This document shows positions 27,889 to 37,176 of a stretch of DNA of 61,929 nucleotides, piece by piece. This DNA is from Bacilli bacterium (lineage in GTDB: Bacteria > Bacillota_I > Bacilli_A > RF39 > UBA660). Position 1 is the stretch's first letter. Each line of letters starts with the position of its first letter. The stretch spans positions 1 to 61,929 of the forward strand of contig JAGCSA010000034.1 in the NCBI GenBank assembly GCA_017964405.1, in the 5' to 3' direction. Below the pieces are notes generated by a model that was given only the letters and a program-made list of their open reading frames with translations, ran no database searches and was not told the origin of the DNA. A program made the translations under genes and the position numbers.

Positions 27889-28692
27889 CTATCCTCCTTG
27901 AACAACAACTCTTTTTAAACTTCTTTTCATTAAGATATTTCCTAAAAGAATAAAAATTACAATCCAAATAGCTTGGATACAAATACCGAAAACTCCGTCT
28001 TGAACAGATATATTTCCAACATAAAGTCGAAACGGCAAATCACTAATATATTGGAATGGTAATACACGAGAAATAACTTGTAAAAACTTTGGGAAGAAAG
28101 GGATTGGTACAACAATACCAGATAAAATATCGGCTAAAGTCATGACCAAATTGACAATACCTTTCTCATTCATCGTTACTAATGTAATGATGGGATAAAA
28201 AACCGTTAATGCCGTAACCAGTAACGTTCCAAATCCAAGAGATACGAAAAATAATACAAAATGTGAGAAAGAAGCAGGACCTCCAAAATGAAATGGATAT
28301 GGTAGTAAAGAAGTAACAATCACTAAAGGAATAAAGCGAAGAAGAACACTTGCTAATCTCTGACCGATTACTTTAAAATACCACATAAAATATAAATTCT
28401 TAGGTCTTGCTAATTCATAGGAGATTCCACCTTCTCGAATTAACTTGAATAATTCTTGATCTCTTGAAAACTGATTGACTAAAGCAAGTAACGCTTGATT
28501 AAGCCATAAATACGTAACGACTTGAGAAAGACTCATCGGAAGATTTTCTCCTCCTGATTCATAGAAAGCAATATAGACCATAATATAGACAAATCCAAAA
28601 AAGAATTGGGTCGCGATACCAGCCCATGCTGCTGTACGATATTGAAGACTACTGATGAACTTTAATTTAAAATAGGTAAAATAAGCTTTCAA
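27889..28692 (-). CDS. ABC-2 type transporter permease
   Basis: Polytopic protein paralogous in layout to 27112..27888. TTG start overlaps the ATPase stop (TTGA). Confidence 0.65.
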   Translation of the reverse strand: MKAYFTYFKLKFISSLQYRTAAWAGIATQFFFGFVYIMVYIAFYESGGENLPMSLSQVVTYLWLNQALLALVNQFSRDQELFKLIREGGISYELARPKNLYFMWYFKVIGQRLASVLLRFIPLVIVTSLLPYPFHFGGPASFSHFVLFFVSLGFGTLLVTALTVFYPIITLVTMNEKGIVNLVMTLADILSGIVVPIPFFPKFLQVISRVLPFQYISDLPFRLYVGNISVQDGVFGICIQAIWIVIFILLGNILMKRSLKRVVVQGG

Positions 28693-29669
28693 ATCTTATA
28701 ATCCTCATATAACTTTACGATAATATTATCGATACTTTCATGATCAATCTCAATATCTTCGATATGAATCTTTTTCGAAATGATATTTAATACCTGAGAA
28801 ATACTCAAGATTCTGGTATCAATCGTTAGATCATATCCTTCCTTTGTCTTTGTCTTTTTAAGAATCCCTTTATTTCGAATGTTTAACTTATCATTAGTCT
28901 TAATCGAAACATATTTCTCTGTTTCATAATGATTTTGTAGTTTCTTTAAACTACCATCATATAAGACATGACCCTTTCCAATCAAAATAATTCTTTTTGC
29001 GAGTGATGTAATATCGTTCATATCATGGGATGTTAAAATTACGGTTGTTTGTTTTTCTCGATTCAATTGTTTAATAAAATCTCTTACTACTTGCTTCGAT
29101 ACTGCATCTAATCCAATTGTTGGTTCATCTAGGAATAACAATTCTGGATTATGTAGTAAGCTTGCCGCAATCTCACAGCGCATTCTCTGTCCTAGACTTA
29201 ATTGTCTAACAGGAATGTTTATGATATCTTGAAGATTTAGACGACGGATTAAATCTTCTTTGGTAGCCTGATATTCTTCTTCTGGTATCTCATAGATATC
29301 TTTTAACAAATCAAAAGTATCTTCTGCGGGAATATCCCACCAAAGTTGACTTCTTTGTCCAAAGACAACACCAATTTTTTTGACATACTTTACTCGATCT
29401 TTCCAAGGAGTCATAGAATCAATCTTGCACTCTCCTGAATCTGGAATCAAAATACCACTTAAGATTTTAATCGTTGTACTTTTACCAGCTCCATTGGGTC
29501 CAATATACCCTACGATTTCCCCACGATCAATGGAAAAAGATATATCTTCTACTGCTTTCACATCTATAAATTCTCTCTTAAAGAAAGACTTAATAGATTC
29601 CTTGAGTCCACTCTTCTTTTTAGCGACTCTGAAAGTTTTCGATATCTGCTTAACCTCGATGAATGACAT
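28689..29669 (-). CDS. ABC transporter ATP-binding protein
   Basis: Walker A GPNGAGKST, signature LSLGQRMR, Walker B LLFLDEPTIGLD and H-loop TSHD, plus a C-terminal extension. Confidence 0.9.
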   Translation of the reverse strand: MSFIEVKQISKTFRVAKKKSGLKESIKSFFKREFIDVKAVEDISFSIDRGEIVGYIGPNGAGKSTTIKILSGILIPDSGECKIDSMTPWKDRVKYVKKIGVVFGQRSQLWWDIPAEDTFDLLKDIYEIPEEEYQATKEDLIRRLNLQDIINIPVRQLSLGQRMRCEIAASLLHNPELLFLDEPTIGLDAVSKQVVRDFIKQLNREKQTTVILTSHDMNDITSLAKRIILIGKGHVLYDGSLKKLQNHYETEKYVSIKTNDKLNIRNKGILKKTKTKEGYDLTIDTRILSISQVLNIISKKIHIEDIEIDHESIDNIIVKLYEDYKI

Positions 29670-29810
29670 TTTTAAATTTCACACTCCTCTCCAACGCAAA
29701 AAAGCCACATGTACAAATACCATGGGTATATGTCATCTAGCCTTCTTGCAAAAACGTCATAGACAACATATCATAAATTGAAAAAAAAAGCAAATGTTTT
29801 TTTGCTTTTT

Positions 29811-30128
29811 TTATTTTTTTAATTTAACAGCTGTTCCATAAACAATGATTTCAGCAGCTCCTTGCATCACAGCAGAAGATCCATATCTGACTCCTACAAT
29901 GGCATCGGCTCCTAAGTTTTCTGCTTCCTCAACCATTCTTTTCGTAGCAATCTGTCTTGCTTCTCGAAGCATTTCTGTATAACCAGCAATCTCTCCTCCG
30001 ACTAAGGTTTTCATACCAGCCATAAAGTCACGTCCAATATTTTTAGATTGAACGACTTCTCCTTTGACAACACCAAGTGTCTCCTGAATTGTTCTCCCCT
30101 TAATTTCTTCTGTCGTAGCAATGATCAT
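29811..30128 (-). CDS. YbjQ/UPF0145 family protein
   Basis: Start at MIIATTEEIKG, 5 nt after AGGAGGG. Sequence (GVVKGEVVQSKNIGRDFMAGMK...GGEI..Y..ML..AR..A..RM...A..LGADAIVGVRY) is typical of YbjQ. Confidence 0.85.
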   Translation of the reverse strand: MIIATTEEIKGRTIQETLGVVKGEVVQSKNIGRDFMAGMKTLVGGEIAGYTEMLREARQIATKRMVEEAENLGADAIVGVRYGSSAVMQGAAEIIVYGTAVKLKK

Positions 30129-30138
30129 ATGATCCCTC

Positions 30139-30372
30139 CTAATACTTCTTAGCTTCCTCTTCTTCTCCACTATCAATTTCTTTCATGCGAAGAACAAGAG
30201 AGACAATAATTCCAACCAGTGGAATACAAAGCATGATAATAATAAAAATAAAAAATGGCATAGGAATATCTTTAGAAAAGATACCAGTAGAAATAAAGAT
30301 TGCTAATAAGAAAGCAAAATAAAGTATAACAGCTAAGGCACAGACAAGTGCTCCTATTTTTTTCTTTTTCAT
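30139..30372 (-). CDS. small two-TM membrane protein
   Basis: 77 aa, RBS AGGAGGAAGT, two hydrophobic helices and an acidic tail. Immediately upstream of ybjQ-like. Confidence 0.55.
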   Translation of the reverse strand: MKKKKIGALVCALAVILYFAFLLAIFISTGIFSKDIPMPFFIFIIIMLCIPLVGIIVSLVLRMKEIDSGEEEEAKKY

Positions 30373-30451
30373 ACTTCCTCCTATTCCTACCTATAGTATA
30401 CAAGAAACGAAAAAAGAAGTCAAAAAAAGATATTAGAGACTAATATCTTTT

Positions 30452-33400
30452 TTATCTTTGAGCTTGTTTTTCTTCTTCCTCTACTTGTCCTTCTTGATGA
30501 GCAAGGTATTCATCCATCATCTGAGTAACTTCATTACCATAAGTACCTTTCTTTTGTCCAGCACGACACATCGTACTAGAAACATTAGAAGCAAGTAAAG
30601 CAGCAGAAGCAGCACACACTAAGGTAGAAGCCATATCACTTGGAAGATATCCTAAAGCAGACATTGGGCTTGCAGAAAGATTTTGTAACTCTCCTGCAAT
30701 ATTGGTAACATCTACCATAGCTTGATTCATATCAGCAATCGCATTTGGATGAGCAACCACATATTGCATAGATTGTTCAACAGCAGATAAATCAAATTGT
30801 GGGTGACTAGCAGCGTATGGTCTTAAGATATTCAAACTACTTTCTACAACATCTCGTAGAGTAGCTTGAGCATCACTACTAATTTGTGCCATTCTCTCTA
30901 AAGCTTGTGCTTGCGTAATGAAACCTTGTGCATATTGAGAAGTAACAGCATTAATTTGACTCGTTACATCCAAATTAAATTGATTATAAGCAGCATGTCC
31001 AGCAGCATCGGCTGCATGATATGCATCATTAAACTTCCAATTCGTACTATCTAAATGAGCACGTTCTCTAACAGTAGCATTCGTTAAAATATCTTGCTCT
31101 GCTTGTGCTTCCATTCCTTCTTGGAAGGTACCACTCTTGGATGCTATCGCATCGCCAGCTTCATGAACTTGATCCATCGTTTTTTGTTGTTCTTCTAAGA
31201 TTTGTTGAGATTCAATTTGATGAACACGAATCGCATTAATGGCACTAACAGCAGCTGACGTAACAGCAACGGTCGTGAATAAATCACGAATGAATGGATC
31301 ATCACGATAATCAAATTGTTCTGCTACTGGAGAGTAATATTTACTTCCAACACTTCTCTTACCAGCAACACTTCCTCTAATTTCGGTATTCTCATAGTAG
31401 CAAGTTTCTAATCCCATGAAGTTTTGAACAATTTCTTCATCATCACCATTTGCTAAAGCAGTATTTAATTTTCTGCCAAATTGTCCTAGTTTATGTTGAA
31501 GGTCATTATCAAAGTCACTCGTCTTTGCAAAACGCATACCAACATAACTTAACTTCGTAGCAACTGCTTTGAAATCTTCTTCTAATCCATGAACACCACT
31601 CGATAGAATGTTATTAGCTTTCTTACGATTCTCAATGATTTCACGAACATGAACAGCTGCCTTCTTCATAAGAGCTTGTCTCTCATTTTCAAGAGAACTA
31701 CTGCCCTTCTCTTCTTCTTTAATCTTTTCTTCTAATGCTTTGATTTGACCAAGTAATGTGAATAAAGAAGCATAATCTTTTTGAATACGATCATTTAATA
31801 CGGCAACTCGATCTAATCCAAATTGTCTTAGACGATCTAAGATTAATGGATTAATCTGATTATTCATATCCGTCTTTAATTGAGTACCCTTGTATTCCTC
31901 AAATAAAACATCTAATTCTTCTTCACTTAAGTTTGCTAATCTCTCTTCAATCATTCTCATAGCATCTTTTGCTCTGGTAGTTGTTAGTAATGCTCCCGAT
32001 AATTTACGGAAGAATCCAACTCCTGCTTTCAAAGTAGCTGGAACAATGTGAACGATATTATAAGCATAATTACCACTATGTAATTCATCAGCAAACTCTT
32101 TCGCAACATGTAAGTTGCTAGCACGATAGTGTTTACTATCTTGTGCATGAATTTCAAGTCCTGTTGTTACTTTATCTAAAATATCTTCTACATGAGGTCT
32201 TGGAGTCTCTTGAGAAATTTCTTTTACTTGTACATCTACATATTGAACAACAATCTTAGGATTCTTGCTCATCTTCGCAATACTATTAATAATTTGATCC
32301 GTATCACGACTAATCTTATGACAAGGAACCCCTTCAATCATCGTAGGCTCTGCTAAAGCCTTAATACCAAAGTTACTTAGAACAGAATCAGGTGCATAAA
32401 CTTGATTATTATCATTAACATCTCTATAAAGAGTAATGGTTTCTTTCTTCGTTCTCTTTGGTTTCTTTTCTTCTTTTTCTTCTACCGTATCTTCTGTTAC
32501 AGGAAGATCTTCCTCTTCTGCAACGGGAGGATTGGTTGTAACCTTTTTAGGTTCAGGTGCTGATTTTTCATCTACCATCTGACCCATAGGGATTTTCTTA
32601 TAGATAATATTGTATGGAGAAGTTGAATCATTCTTTAATCTCTCCATCTTCTCTAAATCTTCTACAGCAATTTCATATCCTGCTACTCCGTCAAGTCTTA
32701 CTTCTACGTCATTAACAGGAATGGCATTGAATCGTTCAAAGACAGGTTTTCTTGCATAATACTTACCATTATCTCCAAGGAAGATGGTAAATTGTTCCTT
32801 CGTACCAGAATCACTCTTTGCTTCTGGTTCAGGAGAAATAACATTATCTCCTTTTAATCCAAATCTCTCTTCATAATAATTCTTTAAGTACTCAACATAT
32901 TCCTCATCTGTTTCATAGATACCTCTTGTACGAGGTTTTGGAATATTCGTACCAGGAATATACTCTACTGTCTCCTCTTCTACTACTGGAGGAGTAATCG
33001 TCTCTTCAGAAGTCATCACTTCTTCAGGAGCAGGTTTTTCAACCTCAGGAGTTCTTCCTAAATTAACTTTCTTATAAATCACTCTATAAGGAGAAGTTTC
33101 ATTATTACGATCATCAACAATTCGCTGAACATCCTCTTTCGCAATTTCATATCCAGCTACTCCATCAAGTCTAACTTCTTCCTGACTAACAGGGAATGCA
33201 TTGAATCGTTCAAAGGCAGGTTTTCTTACATAGTATTTACCATTTTCATCTAAGAAAACCGTTAATTGTTCACGAATGTTCTTTTGTTCTCTTTCCTCTT
33301 CTACTACTGGAGGAGTTACAACTTCTTCAGTAGTCATCACATCTTCTGAAACTGGTTTTTCTACCTCAGGAGTTCTACCTAAGTTAACTTTCTTATAAAT

Positions 33401-36199
33401 GATTTGATAAGGAGAAGTTGAATCATTCTTTAATCTTTCCATCTTCTCTAAATCATCTATTGCTATTTCATATCCAGCTACTCCATCAAGTCTAACTTCT
33501 TCCTGACTAACAGGGAATGCATTAAACCGTTCAAAGACTGGTTTTCTTACATAATACTTACCATTTTCATCTAAGAAAACAGTAAATTGTTCTGTTGATC
33601 CTCTAGACTCCATTGCATCCTCTACAACTGGAGGAGTAACAACTTCTTCAGGAGTTCTTCCTAAAGTTACTTTCTTATAAATAATTTGATATGGAGAAGT
33701 TGAATCATTCTTTAATCTCTCCATCTTCTCTAGATCTTCTATTGCTATTTCATATCCAGCTACTCCGTCAAGTCTAACTTCCGTGTCATTAACAGGAATG
33801 GCATTGAATCGTTCAAAGACAGGTTTTCTTGCATAATACTTACCATTCTCATCTAAGAAAATTATAAATTGTTCTATTGATCCTCTAGACTCCATTGAAT
33901 CTGCTACTACTGGAGGAGTAATGACTTCTTCTAGAGTTCTTACAACTGTTGTCTTACGGAAGATGACATCATAAGGAGAAAGTTCATTATTTTGATTAGT
34001 AACAATTGTCTCTATATCAGAATAAGATACTTCATAACCTGCTGTACCATCTAATCTTACTTCTTCCTGATTAGCAGGGAAAACATTAAACCGTTCGAAT
34101 GCAGGTTTTCTGATATAATATTTTCCTTGATCATCCATAAAGACAGTTAATTGATCTCTTAAACCTCTTGCATGGAATGCTTCTTCTTGTACTTCTTTTG
34201 GTGGAACTTGTTTAGAATCACGTACGACAACAACAGGCGCAAATTTATGTTCCACAAAATAAGGAGAATAATCATTATTAGCATTCGCATCAATGGCTTC
34301 TACACTTTGATCAGATACTTGATAACAAGCAGTTCCTTCAATACGAACTTCTGAACTTAATGGATCTAAATCAAATCGTTTAATAATTGGTTTTCTAACA
34401 TAATATTTTTGATCCTTATCTTCAAAGACAGTAATTCTTTCTTTAATACTTCCCATATCATCAACAGGAGTGGTCTCTTCTGATACCGTTTCTCTCTCAC
34501 GAGATGGTAACGTATGAATCTCAATGATATAAGGATCTTCTTCGTTATAAGCTTCTTTTAAGACTTCATCAACATCTGCTAAAGAAATCTCATAAGCATC
34601 TTCTCCCTCAATGGAAATAGGATCTCCTATTTCTTCTAAATTAAAGCGAGCAAAGAAAGATTCTTTCGCAAATAACTTACCAGGTTGATCAGGATCACGA
34701 TATAAGATATATCTCTCCAACGTATCAAGTCTCTGCATGGTCTTTTCTAATTGACGTTTCTCATCCTCTGCTCTCTTTTCTAGAACAGCAACCATATCTT
34801 CTGGAACTTCTCCCGGTTGATAATTTGGATTCACAGCTTCTTTACCAGGAATCTTCTCTGGCATTTTAGAAGCAGCATCCCGAATGGAATCTAAGGAATG
34901 AGGACGAACCACTAAGACTCTTTGTTTTCCTTTTAATTTAACTTCTGTCTCAATTCCATATAAAGCTTCAACTACTTTTAAGACAGATTTTTCTTCATTT
35001 TCTTTCTTAACCTTTGCAATCTCCGTAAAGACTTCTTTACGAATTGCCTTAATTCTTCTCTTTTGTTCAGGAGTTCTATCTTTAGCAGGAACTGCAAGGA
35101 TTTCTCCTAAACCTTTCTTCTCAAGAATCGCATTAACTAAATTACGACTTCTAAAGTTATCGGTTAATTCACGATACTCAGCAGCAGAAAGACCTAAAGC
35201 TTGTGCAGCAATAAAGTCTTTATGAATCTTATCTCTCTTCTTCGTCAATTTCTTAATATCTTCTAATTGACGATCAATAACTTCTCGAATGGATAAAGAC
35301 TCTGCATTTTCTGCATACTTTTCTTTCATAATCTCACGAATTCTTGCTTCAAACTCTTCTGGATTGGTAGCCGTACTTACTAAATCTGCTTGTTCTCCGA
35401 CTAAAGATTTAATTCTTTCATAAGATTCAGAATAAACTTGCATATTCGCAAGAATTTCTTCTTGAACAGAACGAATCTGTTCTTCTACTTCTGAGAAGGC
35501 TCTCTCAAATGGAGAATAATCTCTTGTAGAAGTATCTACTAATTGATCTAGGGCATCAGAGATTTCTCCCATACGGATCGAAAGTCTTGATAATTCATCG
35601 GTATTATTCGTACCATGAACTTTATCTCTTAATGCTTTTAATTCTTCATAAATAATTCTTAATTTTTCTTCAGAAGGAAGGCTTTCATCTAAATGAAAAG
35701 TATCTTCTCCTTCTTGTAATCTTTCTCTTCTTAAATGATATACAACAAATTGAGTCGTCTGTGTTTCACTAATACCTTCGTTATCAGATACTCCTTCATA
35801 CCCAATTTCATATTCATCTTCATTTTCTACCTTAATTCCTGCCGTACGCATTTTTCCAAAGATCTTCTTTCTTTGTTCTGCAGGAGTCATTCCAAGTCCA
35901 TCTAATACCCATTCTCCACGGAATACTTCATCTCGTACTAATTTATAGGGAACTTGTTTTTGATACGTTCTGGTTACTACAAAATGAGAGGTTTGTGTTT
36001 CACTAATACCATTGTCGTCTTCTACACCATCATATCCAATTTCATATTCATCTTCATCGTAAACAGGAATATGAGCATCTCTCATCATCTGAAAGATTGC
36101 TTGTCTTTGACCTTCTTCACTGATGGCACGATCAAGGATATAATCTCCTTCGAATACAACTTCCTTTACGGTTTCTTTTTCATAAATAATATCTTCCAT
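30452..36199 (-). CDS. giant repeat protein (1915 aa), unknown function, no signal peptide
   Basis: Uninterrupted ORF with RBS GGTGGTGA. Duplicated N-terminal module, coiled-coil-like region, 8 internal repeats, a helical Ala/Gln-rich C-terminal third with two Ala/Ser-rich hydrophobic segments (aa about 1639-1659 and 1856-1876), and an acidic tail. Terminator AGATATTAG/CTAATATCT just downstream (about 30430-30450). Confidence 0.85.
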   Translation of the reverse strand: MEDIIYEKETVKEVVFEGDYILDRAISEEGQRQAIFQMMRDAHIPVYDEDEYEIGYDGVEDDNGISETQTSHFVVTRTYQKQVPYKLVRDEVFRGEWVLDGLGMTPAEQRKKIFGKMRTAGIKVENEDEYEIGYEGVSDNEGISETQTTQFVVYHLRRERLQEGEDTFHLDESLPSEEKLRIIYEELKALRDKVHGTNNTDELSRLSIRMGEISDALDQLVDTSTRDYSPFERAFSEVEEQIRSVQEEILANMQVYSESYERIKSLVGEQADLVSTATNPEEFEARIREIMKEKYAENAESLSIREVIDRQLEDIKKLTKKRDKIHKDFIAAQALGLSAAEYRELTDNFRSRNLVNAILEKKGLGEILAVPAKDRTPEQKRRIKAIRKEVFTEIAKVKKENEEKSVLKVVEALYGIETEVKLKGKQRVLVVRPHSLDSIRDAASKMPEKIPGKEAVNPNYQPGEVPEDMVAVLEKRAEDEKRQLEKTMQRLDTLERYILYRDPDQPGKLFAKESFFARFNLEEIGDPISIEGEDAYEISLADVDEVLKEAYNEEDPYIIEIHTLPSRERETVSEETTPVDDMGSIKERITVFEDKDQKYYVRKPIIKRFDLDPLSSEVRIEGTACYQVSDQSVEAIDANANNDYSPYFVEHKFAPVVVVRDSKQVPPKEVQEEAFHARGLRDQLTVFMDDQGKYYIRKPAFERFNVFPANQEEVRLDGTAGYEVSYSDIETIVTNQNNELSPYDVIFRKTTVVRTLEEVITPPVVADSMESRGSIEQFIIFLDENGKYYARKPVFERFNAIPVNDTEVRLDGVAGYEIAIEDLEKMERLKNDSTSPYQIIYKKVTLGRTPEEVVTPPVVEDAMESRGSTEQFTVFLDENGKYYVRKPVFERFNAFPVSQEEVRLDGVAGYEIAIDDLEKMERLKNDSTSPYQIIYKKVNLGRTPEVEKPVSEDVMTTEEVVTPPVVEEEREQKNIREQLTVFLDENGKYYVRKPAFERFNAFPVSQEEVRLDGVAGYEIAKEDVQRIVDDRNNETSPYRVIYKKVNLGRTPEVEKPAPEEVMTSEETITPPVVEEETVEYIPGTNIPKPRTRGIYETDEEYVEYLKNYYEERFGLKGDNVISPEPEAKSDSGTKEQFTIFLGDNGKYYARKPVFERFNAIPVNDVEVRLDGVAGYEIAVEDLEKMERLKNDSTSPYNIIYKKIPMGQMVDEKSAPEPKKVTTNPPVAEEEDLPVTEDTVEEKEEKKPKRTKKETITLYRDVNDNNQVYAPDSVLSNFGIKALAEPTMIEGVPCHKISRDTDQIINSIAKMSKNPKIVVQYVDVQVKEISQETPRPHVEDILDKVTTGLEIHAQDSKHYRASNLHVAKEFADELHSGNYAYNIVHIVPATLKAGVGFFRKLSGALLTTTRAKDAMRMIEERLANLSEEELDVLFEEYKGTQLKTDMNNQINPLILDRLRQFGLDRVAVLNDRIQKDYASLFTLLGQIKALEEKIKEEEKGSSSLENERQALMKKAAVHVREIIENRKKANNILSSGVHGLEEDFKAVATKLSYVGMRFAKTSDFDNDLQHKLGQFGRKLNTALANGDDEEIVQNFMGLETCYYENTEIRGSVAGKRSVGSKYYSPVAEQFDYRDDPFIRDLFTTVAVTSAAVSAINAIRVHQIESQQILEEQQKTMDQVHEAGDAIASKSGTFQEGMEAQAEQDILTNATVRERAHLDSTNWKFNDAYHAADAAGHAAYNQFNLDVTSQINAVTSQYAQGFITQAQALERMAQISSDAQATLRDVVESSLNILRPYAASHPQFDLSAVEQSMQYVVAHPNAIADMNQAMVDVTNIAGELQNLSASPMSALGYLPSDMASTLVCAASAALLASNVSSTMCRAGQKKGTYGNEVTQMMDEYLAHQEGQVEEEEKQAQR
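32231..34717 (-). repeat. eight in-frame coding repeats (about 72-76 aa units plus linkers) inside the giant gene
   Basis: Unit consensus: QFTVFLDENGKYYVRKPVFERFNAFPV..EEVRLDGVAGYEIA..D.E......N..SPY.IIYKK. Units: R1 34505-34717, R2 34235-34444, R3 33944-34159, R4 33650-33877, R5 33368-33595, R6 33017-33244, R7 32585-32800, R8 32231-32446. R4 and R7 share long identical nucleotide runs (for example gtcattaacaggaatggcattgaatcgttcaaagacaggttttcttgcataatacttaccatt at 32708 and 33785). Confidence 0.9.
35741..36178 (-). repeat. tandem duplication of a roughly 70-aa N-terminal module of the giant protein
   Basis: aa 8-75 (...RQAIFQMMRDAHIPVYDEDEYEIGYDGVEDDNGISETQTSHFVV) versus aa 85-153 (...RKKIFGKMRTAGIKVENEDEYEIGYEGVSDNEGISETQTTQFVV). 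Confidence 0.85.
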
Positions 36200-36213
36200 C
36201 GTATCACCACCAA

Positions 36214-36486
36214 TTATTCTGTTTCTTCATCAAATTTCATCAAAACTTCACTGATCATTTGAAGTTCTGCTTCATCCGTAATATCTTCTAAAACTAATCT
36301 AGCTCCAAAAGGTTGGAAAGAAGAAACATAAACGTTCTTACGACCATTAGACGCAATAGAATGATCTGTATATCCTACATAAGACTTCAAAGTATCCTCA
36401 GAATCAAATGTAAAAAGTACATCACAATCTACGGTTTTACCATCTTTTTCAAGTTGAATTTTATCATTTTCAAAATCTAAATCCAT
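36214..36486 (-). CDS. DUF1292 (UPF0473) family small protein
   Basis: Start at MDLDFEND, 10 nt after GGAGG. Pattern ...DGKTVDCDVLFTFDSED..KSYVGYTD.....G.K.VYVSSF......L.LEDITDEAELQMISEVL is typical of DUF1292. Stop is 14 nt before the giant gene ATG. Confidence 0.7.
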   Translation of the reverse strand: MDLDFENDKIQLEKDGKTVDCDVLFTFDSEDTLKSYVGYTDHSIASNGRKNVYVSSFQPFGARLVLEDITDEAELQMISEVLMKFDEETE

Positions 36487-36572
36487 AATCTGAAAACCTC
36501 CGTCCACTCTCTCATTATATACTACTTTAGTGTACCATTAGAATAAAAAAAAGTCAATGAACTTGACCCTTT

Positions 36573-37160
36573 TTAGCTAGCAACTTCGATACGAATTTTA
36601 TCGCCTGCTTTTATCTTATCAGATTTCGTAACTCTAAAGTAATAAACAACCTCTTCTTTTTCTTCTGTACCAAGGGTTTCACCCTCAATAACAGTCCTCT
36701 TGGCATCCGTCATTAAGTTCTTTCCCTGATTCTCTTTTAAGATCTCAATTTCACCCTCTGTCTCATTGGTAACGGTAATAGTATATTTAGCACCATTTTT
36801 ATTGATCTTATTTCCACGATAATTGGTTACTTTTAAAGTATATTCTTTTCCAACTAAACTCTCTAAATCCATATCTAAATAATTATGAGTATTTTCTTCT
36901 AAAATAGAGAATACAATATTACTCTTATTACCAACATCTTCTCTACTACGAACAAATACCATAATCGCAAGTAAAGCTACAATGATAAATAATACAGCAA
37001 AAGCAGTATATAAAAACTTATAAGATGAAACAAATCTTCTAAATCTTAATCCAAATGGTTCTTCATTTGGTAAAGCACTCCTCGTTTCTTTCTTAACTGG
37101 CTTTTTAACCTCTTTCTTTTTCACTTCTTTCTTTTCTACTTTCTTCTTTTTTTCTTCCAT
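36573..37160 (-). CDS. bitopic membrane protein with poly-Lys N-terminus and beta-rich ectodomain
   Basis: 195 aa, RBS AGAGAGGA, TM helix LYTAFAVLFIIVALLAIMVFV. No family recognised. Confidence 0.6.
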   Translation of the reverse strand: MEEKKKKVEKKEVKKKEVKKPVKKETRSALPNEEPFGLRFRRFVSSYKFLYTAFAVLFIIVALLAIMVFVRSREDVGNKSNIVFSILEENTHNYLDMDLESLVGKEYTLKVTNYRGNKINKNGAKYTITVTNETEGEIEILKENQGKNLMTDAKRTVIEGETLGTEEKEEVVYYFRVTKSDKIKAGDKIRIEVAS

Positions 37161-37176
37161 ATAAAATCCTCTCTTT

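Noticed and set aside
29670-29810. Possible riboswitch or leader upstream of the ABC transporter ATPase gene
   Set aside because: It is only about 140 nt, and part of it is the terminator of the upstream ybjQ-like gene. I saw short palindromes (CCATGG, ACATGT) but no conserved riboswitch core motifs or convincing terminator/antiterminator alternative.
32231-34717. Periodic repeats as a CRISPR array or non-coding tandem repeat
   Set aside because: The units are about 220-330 nt, diverged, and all in one uninterrupted reading frame with conserved amino-acid pattern. There is no short-repeat/unique-spacer architecture and there are no cas genes.
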